A stretch of DNA of 64,000 bases, taken from the IMG/VR virus record IMGVR_UViG_3300020198_000011. One strand, given 5' to 3'. The notes beneath the pieces were generated by a model. It was given only the letters and a program-made list of their open reading frames with translations. It made no database searches and had not been told where the DNA came from. The stretch is from an uncultured virus (IMG/VR IMGVR_UViG_3300020198_000011). Its lineage: Duplodnaviria > Heunggongvirae > Uroviricota > Caudoviricetes. The position numbers were made by a program, and so were the translations under genes. Below, in pieces: positions 27,961-37,614 of this stretch (positions within the stretch are counted from its first letter, which is position 1; each line of letters starts with the position of its first letter).

Positions 27961-28184
27961 CAGACTTCGACCGGCGCCATTCCCTCGGCCAAAGCCAAGG
28001 CCTTCCAGTTGTCCCGCTCGTCCTCGGCCGCCCGAACGCGCCTCTCGGCCTCGTGGGCAACCAGTGCCATCCGCTCGGCCATCTGCTTATGGCGCGTCGC
28101 GCCCAGGATGCACGCCAGCAGGAAGCACGTGGACCCAGCCAGAAGGTGCGTCATGGCCAGAATGGTGATCTGCCCGAAACTCAT
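27960..28184 (-). CDS. membrane-anchored coiled-coil small protein
   Basis: MSFGQITILAM..FLLACILG followed by EAERRVRAAEDER. Confidence 0.55.
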   Translation of the reverse strand: MSFGQITILAMTHLLAGSTCFLLACILGATRHKQMAERMALVAHEAERRVRAAEDERDNWKALALAEGMAPVEV

Positions 28185-28309
28185 GCGGTTACCAACTGCC
28201 GCCTGGCGGTCGACTCCTCGACATAGCAGCGGATGCAATGCCGCTCGCGGAACTCGTGCTCCAGCCCGAGATCCTCACAGCGCTGCGGGGGCCGGAATCG
28301 CCACATGGT

Positions 28310-28525
28310 CTATCTCCTTTCCAGGAACGGCATGCCGGGGCGCTTGGACTCGTTCATGTAGCTCGCCCGACATGGTCGGCAGAAGCCTTCCATCCAGGTC
28401 CGCGGGCCGTGCTTGGTCTGCACACCGTTGCCAATGAGATCGCGTCTTGTCAATGGCCTGCCGCAGCGCCGGCAGATTGGGTTTCCATCCGGTCCTACCA
28501 TGCGCGGGAGCTTGCGGCGGCCCAT
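28310..28525 (-). CDS. small zinc-finger protein
   Basis: CRRCG...CRPC. Confidence 0.55.
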   Translation of the reverse strand: MGRRKLPRMVGPDGNPICRRCGRPLTRRDLIGNGVQTKHGPRTWMEGFCRPCRASYMNESKRPGMPFLERR

Positions 28526-28532
28526 GGTTATC

Positions 28533-29132
28533 TTAGGCGGGCAAGGGTTGGTTGTCCAGCGGAAGTTTCCCGCAGCGGTACGCAACGAACACGTTGCGGC
28601 GCCCGGGCCGGCAGATGCCCGGGAACGCCGCTTCGAGTACATCCAGATACGCAGCCGCCGGCAGATTCGCCTGATAGCCGTCGCGTGTCAGCCTCCCGTG
28701 GCCGCCGCGATCGCCCTCGTAGACGGATACAAGGAGCAGGCCGCCTGGTCGCAACACCCCGGCCGCCAGGCCCACGAGGCGCTCCCGGCTGGGCATGTCG
28801 AGCAGGACATTGAGCACGCTGCCAAGCGTGACCGAATCGACACCGCCAGGGCGGTTGGCAGCGAGAAAATTGAGCGCGTCGAGATTACATCGGCGCGTAC
28901 GCGCATAGGGATCCACGATCACGTTGGTAATGCCAACCAGGCCGAGCAGCTCGGTCCCGAGGGTATAGGGGCCACCGCCAAGATCCAGGTTGATCGTGCC
29001 GGCCCGGTCGGGGCGTCTGGCCAGTTCATGAATGACGGCTGGCACATGCTTGCGGGCCGTCCTGGCAGGATTGTACCCGAGCTCTGGCGGAAACAGGATC
29101 TCCTCACGGAGCGGCAGATACAGCACGCTCAT
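28533..29132 (-). CDS. class I SAM-dependent methyltransferase
   Basis: NLDLGGG motif I, VDPY, DSVTLGSVLNV, VLRPGG. Confidence 0.75.
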   Translation of the reverse strand: MSVLYLPLREEILFPPELGYNPARTARKHVPAVIHELARRPDRAGTINLDLGGGPYTLGTELLGLVGITNVIVDPYARTRRCNLDALNFLAANRPGGVDSVTLGSVLNVLLDMPSRERLVGLAAGVLRPGGLLLVSVYEGDRGGHGRLTRDGYQANLPAAAYLDVLEAAFPGICRPGRRNVFVAYRCGKLPLDNQPLPA

Positions 29133-29362
29133 GGCCCACAATCCCGGCAAGTGCAGACCCCACGCTGCGCCGCCCAGGCCATCAATTCGCGCCTGGAAAC
29201 GACACCCAGCTTGTCCCGCGCCGAGCTGATGGCGTTCTCACATACCTTGTGGGTGGTGCCGATCTCGGCAGCCATCTCCTTGAATGAGTAGCCCAGGACG
29301 TACAGGCACACGACCTTCAGCTCCTTGCCAGTAAGGCTCGGCTCGGCGGGTTCAAGCATCAT
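29129..29362 (-). CDS. LuxR-type HTH-only regulator
   Basis: LTGKELKVV..GYSFKEMAAEIG....ENAISSARDKLGV. Confidence 0.8.
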   Translation of the reverse strand: MMLEPAEPSLTGKELKVVCLYVLGYSFKEMAAEIGTTHKVCENAISSARDKLGVVSRRELMAWAAQRGVCTCRDCGP

Positions 29363-29625
29363 GGACGGCGCTCCTTGGGCACGATGACGATGTCGACTTC
29401 GCGGCATGGGCACATCCCGAACTCGACGGCCTTGGCAACCAGCCCGGGTCGCGTCCAGACCTCCAGCTTGTTCTTGAGGATGTCCAGGTAGTTTCCCACG
29501 GTGCGCACCGACCAGCCCAGGGCCTTGGCGATATCGCCACTGGCATAGCCGCGCGCCAGCAGGTAGAGCACCTCTCGCTCGCGGCGCGTCAGGCGGATCT
29601 CAAACGGATCGCCTATTTGTCGCAT
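29359..29625 (-). CDS. LuxR-type HTH-only regulator
   Basis: LTRREREVLYLLARGYASGDIAKALGWSVRTVGNYLDILKNKL. Confidence 0.85.
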   Translation of the reverse strand: MRQIGDPFEIRLTRREREVLYLLARGYASGDIAKALGWSVRTVGNYLDILKNKLEVWTRPGLVAKAVEFGMCPCREVDIVIVPKERRP

Positions 29626-29891
29626 GGACGCTCGAAGTACACTCGCTTCTCGGGGTTGGGTCGCTCGCCCCCGAAGTACGCGATGTCGTTAATGGGCTGC
29701 CAATCATGGGTTCTGGCCATCCGATACGACCACATCAACCGCTCATTCTCGTTGACGGGACCATCCAAATCGGCCAGCTGGTAGCACGCCGCGATGCGGC
29801 TATTGTCCTGATTGAACACGAAGCCATCGTTGCGCGCCCCAAGCACCTCATCGAGGGCTTCGAGGTACTCCTTGCCACGCTGACGACTCAG
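29613..29891 (-). CDS. hypothetical protein (probable CTG start)
   Basis: CTG overlapping upstream TGA, AAGGGGG 5 nt upstream; LSRQRGKEYLEALDEVL... Confidence 0.5.
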   Translation of the reverse strand: MSRQRGKEYLEALDEVLGARNDGFVFNQDNSRIAACYQLADLDGPVNENERLMWSYRMARTHDWQPINDIAYFGGERPNPEKRVYFERPCDK

Positions 29892-30163
29892 GACGCCCCC
29901 TTGGCCTTCGCCTTCTTGCGGTCGGCCAGTTTCAACAAGTGCAGCGGCCCCGTGTGACAGGAGTAGCCCAGCACTATCGCCACCTGCATCCAGCTCAAAC
30001 CCGCCTTCCGCAACCTCCTGGTAGCCAGAACCCTGGCTGCGAGCAGGCGCTCGCTCCAGTCCAGGCAAATGGCCTCGTAAGGCACGTCGGTCTCGCTCGC
30101 TACCTCGCGCACAATGCGCTCCCCGCGATCGAGGGCCGCAATGTCCTCGTTGTACGGACTCAT
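29888..30163 (-). CDS. DnaA C-terminal-like HTH protein
   Basis: IVREVASETDVPYEAI...AARVLATRRLRKAGLSWMQVAIVLG..HT. Confidence 0.6.
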   Translation of the reverse strand: MSPYNEDIAALDRGERIVREVASETDVPYEAICLDWSERLLAARVLATRRLRKAGLSWMQVAIVLGYSCHTGPLHLLKLADRKKAKAKGAS

Positions 30164-30486
30164 CGCAGCTCCCAGCGCACGAACACCTTGCAATCGGCAA
30201 GTTGCGGCGGGATCTCCGGCAACCATGTCGTGGCCAATCGACCCTGCCAGCAGTTACCGGCCGGTCGATATGCGATGCGGCAGCGGGCCGGTAGTCGCCA
30301 GCCGTGCCTGGTTGCGGATGTACTGGTGACGCTCTGCATGGAGTTAAAACCCCGCAGCTTCTCGGGCCAGCGGAACCAGTGTCCCGCTTGAGGCTCGACC
30401 GCCGCGTCCCGGCGGAAATGCGCGGTTTCGGATGTTAATCGCGGCGTTACGGCCAATTCGAGGATCTGCCAGAACTTCTCCTCCTG

Positions 30487-30738
30487 TCATAACGGCCGGC
30501 CAAATCCGGCGCAGGCCGCACAGTACGGCTCGGCGCAATGGTTTCGGCGGTGACGATACCGCGCATGGCCGCAAACCAAACACAAATGGTTGTGCCCAAA
30601 TTTCCCGAGTTCATCGAGATGGCCTGCTGCCCACTGGGCCTCAGACGACATGGGGTGGGCAATCTTGATGAGCTTTTCCAGTGCCCGCCCCAGGCGCAGA
30701 GCAAGCTGGGCCTCGGCAGCGCTGAACGACTCGGTCAT
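30487..30738 (-). CDS. small Cys/His protein
   Basis: CLVCGHARYRH..C..YCAAC. Confidence 0.55.
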   Translation of the reverse strand: MTESFSAAEAQLALRLGRALEKLIKIAHPMSSEAQWAAGHLDELGKFGHNHLCLVCGHARYRHRRNHCAEPYCAACAGFGRPL

Positions 30739-30901
30739 TCCTCGCCATCCGCAGCGCGGTACCACGCCGCCGCCTCGGCCAGGGTCAACCCGGCAGGTGC
30801 CTCGGGATACCTCTGGCGAACCCACTCGGCCGCCTCGCCAAGCTTGAGCTGCGCGCAGCCCGGCTTGGCCGCCATCGCCTCCATCTCGGCCAGGCGATCG
30901 T

Positions 30902-31288
30902 TCATGCCGGGTTACCGCCCTTCATGATCGACCGCGGCTCCCGATCGAGCAGGGCACCGATTAGCCGCTCCTTCCGGGCAAGCTCCAGGCGAACCTGATC
31001 GAGCTCGGCGTGGCACCAGCCCTGACATGCCTGGGAAAGTCGACGCTTGAGGATCTCGATCTCATCCAGGAGGGCCAGATTGCGCCGCGAGAGATCGAGG
31101 TTGCGACTCTGCATGACCTCGGTGAACTGGCCCAGGCCTTCGCGGAAGCTGCGCATGGCCACCAGATTCCGATCGAGCTCGCCGAGCTTCCCCTGCAAGA
31201 GATGTAGCATCTCCAGCGCCTCGCGCACCGAGGCGTCTAGCTCGGGGGCCAGCCAACGCGCCAGCCGCTCGCGCCACCTACGAGACAT
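30902..31288 (-). CDS. coiled-coil hypothetical protein
   Basis: Heptad-rich ORF within operon. Confidence 0.55.
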   Translation of the reverse strand: MSRRWRERLARWLAPELDASVREALEMLHLLQGKLGELDRNLVAMRSFREGLGQFTEVMQSRNLDLSRRNLALLDEIEILKRRLSQACQGWCHAELDQVRLELARKERLIGALLDREPRSIMKGGNPA

Positions 31289-32249
31289 CGCTCGCGACCG
31301 GCGCAACGATGGCTGGGAGGCGGTCGTTTGCAGACGGCTCCCCGGGCTGCCAGGTAATCCCGGTGTCGAAGTTCTTGTGGGGGAAGGTGTGATCGAGCGG
31401 CAGGTCGCAACCGGCCTCGAACTCGATGCAGTGCCCGCGGATCTCGATGATTTGCGCGATGCGCTCCCGTTCGGCCTTCTCGGCCAAGGCCACTAGACGC
31501 TCGCCGGCCCCATCCTCGGCGACGACAGCGAACTGCGGCCGAGGGGTGTCAATAGACGTGCAGGTCGCGGGCATCCCGCCTGGCTCGGTAGACACCTTCA
31601 CCCGCTCGGCCCAGAAGCGATTGCGCGCCGGATCGGCATCGAGCCCGATACCACCGACCGGCACGACCTCCACCCGCTCGCCGTCCAGCCCCGGGCGGTA
31701 CATCTTCCACCACGCCGAATCCCACCCAGCGAAGCGACAAATGATCTCATGCGCCTGGACCCATGGTGTCTCGGAAACAACCCGCTCGCCGGCTACCTCG
31801 TAGGTCCAGGAATCGGCGCCACGAACAGGCTCCTGCATCTCGACGTTCGGAGCCTTGACCTCCAAGGCCTTCGCCTCATAGGCCGCCGTCTGGATATCGG
31901 CCGGCATGACCCGCACGCCCTTGGCAGCGAGGCGATCGACCTCCGCTGGCGGGAGGGCTTCGGGGATGAACAGCTGGCCGTCGCACGGCTCGCCGCGCAT
32001 CCCGGCATCGGCCGCCTTGCCCACGAAGAACTCGAAGACATGCCGCGGCACGGCCACCTTGCGCCCCGTCTTGATCTCGAAGATCATGACGTCGCCGGGG
32101 TTCACCGGATAGGCCACGCCCTCCCGATCGTGATAATGGCCCAGGTGCGACAGCATGCAAGCCGGGTTATTGCACATCCCGAGCGCTGGCCCGACTGGCG
32201 AGAAGTCGTTGGCCTCAATCTTGGTCTTTCTGGTCTGGTACTGCGCCAT
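31278..32249 (-). CDS. hypothetical protein
   Basis: 323-aa ORF with coding-like usage. Confidence 0.7.
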   Translation of the reverse strand: MAQYQTRKTKIEANDFSPVGPALGMCNNPACMLSHLGHYHDREGVAYPVNPGDVMIFEIKTGRKVAVPRHVFEFFVGKAADAGMRGEPCDGQLFIPEALPPAEVDRLAAKGVRVMPADIQTAAYEAKALEVKAPNVEMQEPVRGADSWTYEVAGERVVSETPWVQAHEIICRFAGWDSAWWKMYRPGLDGERVEVVPVGGIGLDADPARNRFWAERVKVSTEPGGMPATCTSIDTPRPQFAVVAEDGAGERLVALAEKAERERIAQIIEIRGHCIEFEAGCDLPLDHTFPHKNFDTGITWQPGEPSANDRLPAIVAPVASDVS

Positions 32250-32251
32250 CG

Positions 32252-32575
32252 CTAATCGACCCGCTTGCCATGCTTGTGGACCACTGACGCCAACGGCGCG
32301 TAGTAGTCCAGGATCTCGGCCTTGGTCGCCAACGGAGTGCGCGGCCGCGGTACCGCCACCAGGTAACGGTCCACCCGGCTCACCGAGTAGTCGAACTTGC
32401 GCTGACCACCCTTGGTCATACCACGCACGGGCGGGAATACCTTCTCGGCATCCTCATGCGCTGGCAGCAGGGCTACTATCTTCCCGACCTTCTCGCGGAC
32501 GGTGCCCTGCCCCTGGCTCTTCCAGGAAACAGTATGACCGACCTCGTACTTGAACGCAATTACCACCGCTGGCAT
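32252..32575 (-). CDS. hypothetical phage protein (SH3-like)
   Basis: YEVGHTVSWKSQGQGTVREKVGKIV; AGGAG RBS. Confidence 0.7.
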   Translation of the reverse strand: MPAVVIAFKYEVGHTVSWKSQGQGTVREKVGKIVALLPAHEDAEKVFPPVRGMTKGGQRKFDYSVSRVDRYLVAVPRPRTPLATKAEILDYYAPLASVVHKHGKRVD

Positions 32576-32579
32576 GGTC

Positions 32580-32870
32580 CTACTCCTTTGGCGCTGGCAG
32601 GCGCGCTGCCAGGTAATCGACGCACGACCCGACCGTCGTCAGTTTGTCGGCCTCCTCGTCGGGGATTTCGATGCCGAAATGTTCCTCGGCAGCCATCACC
32701 AGCTCGACGCAATCGAGCGAGTCGGCACCCAGATCGCCCGGGAATTCGGCCACCAAGCTGACCTCGTCGCGACCCACCTTCAGTTCGCGCACGATCAGGG
32801 CCCGCAAGGCGTTGAAGATCTGCTCGCGCGTGTAGGTCTGGACCGTCACGGCGAGATCGTCCCCGGGCAC
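32580..32870 (-). CDS. acpP: acyl carrier protein
   Basis: DLGADSLDCVELVMAAEEHFGIEIPDEEADKLTTVG with intact phosphopantetheine Ser. Confidence 0.93.
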   Translation of the reverse strand: MPGDDLAVTVQTYTREQIFNALRALIVRELKVGRDEVSLVAEFPGDLGADSLDCVELVMAAEEHFGIEIPDEEADKLTTVGSCVDYLAARLPAPKE

Positions 32871-32873
32871 CGG

Positions 32874-33050
32874 CTATTGGCCTATCTCGGCGGCGAGCGC
32901 GACGTAGCTGACGCTGGCCGACTTGCGATGATGCTTCTCGCGCAACGTCACGCCCTTCTCGTCGAGGGTCACCACGTAGACGATTATCCCGCCGCCAGCC
33001 CCTGTGATCTCGATCTCGCGGCTGACGGGCTTGGTCCAGGTTGTCGCCAT
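32874..33050 (-). CDS. small hypothetical protein (paralog of 44598-44849)
   Basis: MATTWTKPVSREIE...VVTLDEKGVTLREKHHRK. Confidence 0.6.
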   Translation of the reverse strand: MATTWTKPVSREIEITGAGGGIIVYVVTLDEKGVTLREKHHRKSASVSYVALAAEIGQ

Positions 33051-33078
33051 CTTTCTTCCTTTCGAAAAAACACTCGGA

Positions 33079-33114
33079 TGGTAGGACCATAGCAAGCGAG
33101 AAATCCGCCGTCAA
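33079..33114 (-). promoter_or_regulatory. sigma70-type promoter with operator
   Basis: TTGACG-17-TATGGT with extended TG; operator TGGTCCTACCA (33079-33089) over -10/+1. Confidence 0.75.
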
Positions 33115-33763
33115 GCCTCCTTTTCGGCTTGAGAATGCTCCGCTGGCGCTACCCCTAGCGTAGCGCGGTTCGTCGTCTGGTAAGTATAGGCACTCACCGA
33201 CACCCCGGAACCCTCGGGAATTGCGCCGCCGATACGCCGCAGGGCGCTGATCAAGAGCGCGATCTCGGTGAGCTCCCGCCGCTCCTGGGGCTGGGCCCTC
33301 TTCACGATCTTGAACTTCTCGCCGCGGACCTCGATGAGCCCCCAGCCGGGCGGCAACTCGTCGACGGCGATCAGATCGGGCGGCTGGATCGAGCGCATGC
33401 TCCTCGCAATCCCAGAGGAACTCGTGGAGATCGGGATACCAGTGGTCGCCAGCAACTATCTGGTAGTCGGCCAGCGTCGCGACATCCACCTGCTCGGCCC
33501 GCTCCCACTCCTCGAAATCCCGACGCGCTTGCACGGCCTTCGCGCAATTCCAGCAGATACCGCCAAGGTGATAGCCGTGTTTTGGGCACGCCCTTGCCGC
33601 ACGCGCGGCACTCCCTGGGAGCACAACAGCGCTGGGCGGCCTGGTAACGCTCCTCGGCCGTACCGTAGATCTGAGCCATCTGGCAGACCGGACAGACATA
33701 GAGCTCGACCAGGCGCTTGACGGGCGTGACTAGGTCCGCGATGGCGATGACCGTTTCAGGCAT
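33111..33763 (-). pseudogene. frameshifted / fused gene remnants
   Basis: MPETVIA..CRACGKGVPK continues as HGYHLGGICWNC only after skipping one A (33580-33583); it then runs into a start-less fragment PPDLIAVDELPPGWGLIEV. Confidence 0.5.
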
Positions 33764-34458
33764 GCTTTCGGCCGTTCTTTCTCTTCGAGATCTTCTGGAA
33801 ATACCAGAGATCGATACGGGCACACTCCAGGCACTGGCCCTTCTCTGGGCATGCCCTGCACTGCGTCTGCGTCATGACGCCATCTTCCCCTCACCGCCCC
33901 CCGGCGAAGAGCATCCGCAAACAGGTCTTGCAGGTTACCTCGCCATGCTTGGCGGCAAACTCCAACTCGGATCCCGCCCCGCAGATGGCCAGCTCACGCG
34001 CGATGCGCTTGTCGGTCAGGAACTCGACCAACTCGACCGTCTCGGGCCAATGGACTCGCAGGCCGTCAAGCACGGCCCACCTCAGTCGTTGCCATGGGCC
34101 GTGGCGATGCCCTGTGGCTCGCCGGACAGGGGCGCCCCGCAACGCCCGCAGACAAATCTTCCGCCCCGCAGCTCGACCTGGTACTCCGGCGGATGCGGGC
34201 ACTTGGCCGGATCGGGCTTTTTGGCAGCCAACCTACGCACGACCGCGCGCTCCAGGGCGCACGATCGACGCCCGCCACCTGCACGCCACATCTCGAACGC
34301 AACGCAGGCGGCCGTCGATGACGCGAAAATCGTCGCGATCGAGATCGCCTTGGCACTCCCCGCACAGGACGTGCAGCCCATTGAGGAGCGCGACGACCTG
34401 TGCGACGACATCGCGAGACCCTTCGGCCATGGGACCCCCTAACTCTCGACTGGCCGCT

Positions 34459-34488
34459 ATGGTACTACCATGAGAATGGCGCTGTCAA
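34459..34488 (-). promoter_or_regulatory. sigma70-type promoter with operator
   Basis: TTGACA-18-TACCAT; operator at 34460-34470. Confidence 0.7.
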
Positions 34489-34508
34489 TCCAGCGCGAGA
34501 GGTGCGCC

Positions 34509-34802
34509 TTACTTGGTTTTGCGCTTGCCCGTCTCGCGCTTGGGGCTCGTCCCGCCCTTGCGGCCGATCTTGGCGTAATACCCCTCCGGCTTGCTGGCCT
34601 TGACGGCCTGGCCGCCCTTGGAGCCGATGGCCGAGAAGAACTCGTCGCCATACTTGGCCTTGGTACTCTGACCACCGCGGGCGCCTATCGCCTTGAAGAA
34701 TTCCGTACCGTGGTACTCACGCACCGCCGCACCCCCCTTGCGCCCGGCCTCGACCGCCCGGGGATCGCCTGGCTCGGGGCCGGGCCGTCCTGGTCCTGCC
34801 AT
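34509..34802 (-). CDS. KGG-repeat general stress protein (GsiB/YciG-like)
   Basis: AGRKGG, FFKAIGARGG, FFSAIGSKGG, YYAKIGRKGG repeats. Confidence 0.85.
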   Translation of the reverse strand: MAGPGRPGPEPGDPRAVEAGRKGGAAVREYHGTEFFKAIGARGGQSTKAKYGDEFFSAIGSKGGQAVKASKPEGYYAKIGRKGGTSPKRETGKRKTK

Positions 34803-34803
34803 G

Positions 34804-35037
34804 TCAGTCCTTCATCTCCAGTTCGGCGGCATCGAGGGCCTGGCTGACCAGGGCGTCGTACACCGCATCGAAATCGTCCAGTAACCTGCCGAGCATGGCA
34901 TACACCGGGGGCGCGAGACAAGCGGTTGGCAGGTTGCGCAGCTGCTCGCGCCAGCGGCGGCGCTCGTCGTCGGCGGTCTTGAGCCGGGAGCGCGTCCGGT
35001 CGAGCCGGAGTGCCACCGCATGCTGCAATCTGCTCAT
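34804..35037 (-). CDS. hypothetical protein
   Basis: 77-aa ORF with ATGA overlap. Confidence 0.55.
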   Translation of the reverse strand: MSRLQHAVALRLDRTRSRLKTADDERRRWREQLRNLPTACLAPPVYAMLGRLLDDFDAVYDALVSQALDAAELEMKD

Positions 35038-35813
35038 GGCCCTACCAATGCCTCGTACCCAGCCAGAGCGGCGCGGGCATCACAGACGCGGCAGCAGAGT
35101 TCGTTGGGGCGGCCATGGCCATTGGTGCCGGGGCGTTCTTCACCTAGAAGCGTATTCAGCGCTTCCGCCATCTTCTCGGCCAGCAGTCCCCGGCGTGCCA
35201 GGGCGATCAGGTCGGGCGCGGCGTTGCGGAGGGCGATCAACAACGCCCCGTCTTGGGGGTCGATGTCGTGGATGCCCGTGTCGATGGCCGCAGAACCGCC
35301 AGGCAGCAGGCTCCACGGCCCTGCCGATGCGCTGCGCTCCAGGGCGGCCAAGGTGTCGAGGTCTTCGGGGGTCACAGGCGCACCCTGCACAATCGGCACA
35401 CGATCACTTGCGCGATCATCGTCAACGGATGCAAGCTGGGCCAGAGCGGCGCGGGCGTAGTCCGCCATCCCATCGGCGGCGCGGTGTACGCCGTCGTTCC
35501 AGCCGTCTTCGTACTCCCGCGCCAACCGGGCATCGACGACGCAGTAGCTACGCACTTCCGCCTCGGCACCATGTAGCGCCGCCTCCAGCTTCGCCACGCG
35601 GACGGCCAGAGCGTCGCGCTCGGTCTGCCGCAGGATCATGTCGTCGGAGAGTGCCACGTACTCCCGGTCCAGCCGCTCGATCTCGGCGAGGGCTTCCGGC
35701 ACGCCCTCCAGGACGTCCTCGTCCACCATCATGCGGTCGGACTCTACCCAGTCATTCCAGGCTGCCTTGAGTGCCTCGTGGCGCTCGGGCGAGTATGTTT
35801 TGGGTTCGCTCAT
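35034..35813 (-). CDS. hypothetical mosaic phage protein (Ead/Ea22-like segments)
   Basis: ALAEIERL, LAALERSASAGPW, LIALRNAAPDLIA. Confidence 0.65.
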   Translation of the reverse strand: MSEPKTYSPERHEALKAAWNDWVESDRMMVDEDVLEGVPEALAEIERLDREYVALSDDMILRQTERDALAVRVAKLEAALHGAEAEVRSYCVVDARLAREYEDGWNDGVHRAADGMADYARAALAQLASVDDDRASDRVPIVQGAPVTPEDLDTLAALERSASAGPWSLLPGGSAAIDTGIHDIDPQDGALLIALRNAAPDLIALARRGLLAEKMAEALNTLLGEERPGTNGHGRPNELCCRVCDARAALAGYEALVGP

Positions 35814-36410
35814 CTACTTCCCCTCCTCTGGCGCGGCCAGGGCGGCGCGTAAAAAGTCTCGCAGCGCCCTCGTGCCTACTTCCGGGGCGCCGATGTCGTG
35901 GAGATCCTCGTAGAGCCCATCAGCCATTTTCGCGGCTTCCGCCACGCGAGCGGCCAGGGCGTCGCGCTCTATCTTCTCGGCTATCGGGCGAATTTCGCGG
36001 TCTTTGGCTGCGATCACCCAATCCAGCTTCTCGGACTCTAGCTGCCTGACTTTTTCGCGTTCCATGGTGAGCGCCGCCTCGGCGGCCGTACACGCCTCTT
36101 CGGTGTTGTCAAGCTGGGCCTCCAGCACGTCCTTGTCATGCTCGGCGGTGGCAAGGTCTGCCCGCAGCCGCTCGCTCTCGTCGGCCAGCTCCAGCACCAG
36201 ATCGGCCAGGGCGGGGACATCTGCGCGAAGCAACCGCACGATATCTTCTGCTGGATGTGGCGTGTTCACAGGTCCATGCAGCTCCGGGCGATAGCATTCT
36301 CTGCACCAGCCTGCCCACCATCTCCCGTGTGGACATTTTTCCGGTGTCGCCACCTCGCACCGCGCCTTGGCGGCGTTGGCGAGGTCACGGGCTGCGTTGA
36401 GATCAGGCAT
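35814..36410 (-). CDS. hypothetical coiled-coil phage protein
   Basis: ADVPALADLVLELADESERLRA; GAGGAGG RBS. Confidence 0.65.
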   Translation of the reverse strand: MPDLNAARDLANAAKARCEVATPEKCPHGRWWAGWCRECYRPELHGPVNTPHPAEDIVRLLRADVPALADLVLELADESERLRADLATAEHDKDVLEAQLDNTEEACTAAEAALTMEREKVRQLESEKLDWVIAAKDREIRPIAEKIERDALAARVAEAAKMADGLYEDLHDIGAPEVGTRALRDFLRAALAAPEEGK

Positions 36411-36508
36411 GGATGCCCTCCTCGCGGGAACACACCATCGAATGGCACATGCAGAGTGCCGGTAGACCCGTGATCACCGATCCAACAAGCAGGCCGATCC
36501 AGCACAGG

Positions 36509-36886
36509 TCAGGCATTCTCGGCCTCCTTCTTGATCGCTTGGTAGGCGGCGAGCGCTGCAAGCCCCTGGCATCGCACGCAGACGATGGTGTCTAGACGCT
36601 TGAGCGGATCCTCGCCCTGACGGCAGCCCGCAGAATGTGTCCCCTGCATATTCTGGCCCAGCGCCTCGGCCAGCTTCTCGGCCTGCTGGGCTAGGGGTAG
36701 CAGCCAAGAGGAGGCGTTGACCAATTCGATCGCGAGATCAGCGTTCTCGCTGCAATCGAAGGTCGCCAGCGGGCCGCGATCGTCGTCCTCGTCCTCGGGT
36801 CCGCAGACCTCGACCTGCCAGGGTTGCGGCCACGCCTGCTCCCGCAGGGCCGACAGGTGGGAGAGACGGGCGGATAGATCAGACAT
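36509..36886 (-). CDS. hypothetical phage protein
   Basis: AWPQPW...ENADLAIELVNA. Confidence 0.6.
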   Translation of the reverse strand: MSDLSARLSHLSALREQAWPQPWQVEVCGPEDEDDDRGPLATFDCSENADLAIELVNASSWLLPLAQQAEKLAEALGQNMQGTHSAGCRQGEDPLKRLDTIVCVRCQGLAALAAYQAIKKEAENA

Positions 36887-37176
36887 GACGGCAGGCCGTC
36901 CCGGGACACTCGGCGTGCGTGATAATCTTGCCGCTCTCGCGGTGGCGATACCGATTCAACGAACTCCCTCCCTTCGCTCTCGGGTAATGGCCGAGGTGCT
37001 GGGCGGATTGCCGCGGCCATAACGCACATGCCGGATCTCGTCGATCCATTGCAGCACCACGCTCGCGCGCTGCCACTGACCGACGACGTGCGCCCAGCGC
37101 TCATGCGGGTCACCGTCCGGGATCCACCCCAGACGCACAGACGCATCCCGATACCGATGCCAAGCCGGGCACGTCT

Positions 37177-37614
37177 TCACCTCCCCGACGACCCCCAGCC
37201 CTTCTCGCCCCGAGCACTGCCCGCGAGCTCCAAGACTTCCTCGAACCTGGCCTGGTAATAGGGCTCGAAGGTAAGCTGGGCTATCTTGTCGCCGGCCCGC
37301 ACCGCGTAGGACTCGGGGCTGGCATTCTGGAGCACGACCACGATCTCGCCGCGGAACCCCTCGTCGATGAGGCCGGCCTCCAGGTGGATGCCATGCTTGC
37401 GCCACATGCCGGAGCGCGAGAAGGCTACCGCCCGCCACCCTACCGGGAGCTCCAAAGCGATGCCGGTCTCGAACGCCACCCGGCCACCCGGTGGGATGCG
37501 ATCCCGATGCAAGGCGAAAATCCCGGCACCGGCATCGTCGTCGTAATCGTACGCCGGGAGCTTGGCGTCGGGATGGAGCTTGCGCACCTTGACCAAGGGG
37601 GATGTGGCATTCAT
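37177..37614 (-). CDS. dut: dUTP diphosphatase (trimeric)
   Basis: AKLP..DDAG, TGIALELP, SRSG, GLIDEGFRGEI, GDKIAQL, RGEKGWGSSG. Confidence 0.93.
   Translation of the reverse strand: MNATSPLVKVRKLHPDAKLPAYDYDDDAGAGIFALHRDRIPPGGRVAFETGIALELPVGWRAVAFSRSGMWRKHGIHLEAGLIDEGFRGEIVVVLQNASPESYAVRAGDKIAQLTFEPYYQARFEEVLELAGSARGEKGWGSSGR

Noticed and set aside
27180..28184. Holin/spanin lysis cassette call for the small membrane genes
   Set aside because: No adjacent endolysin (M23 gene is ~25 kb away) and no convincing nested lipoprotein arrangement
34083..34085. Additional CTGA-overlap CTG start
   Set aside because: A GTG with a GAGG RBS lies four codons downstream, so CTG is not required
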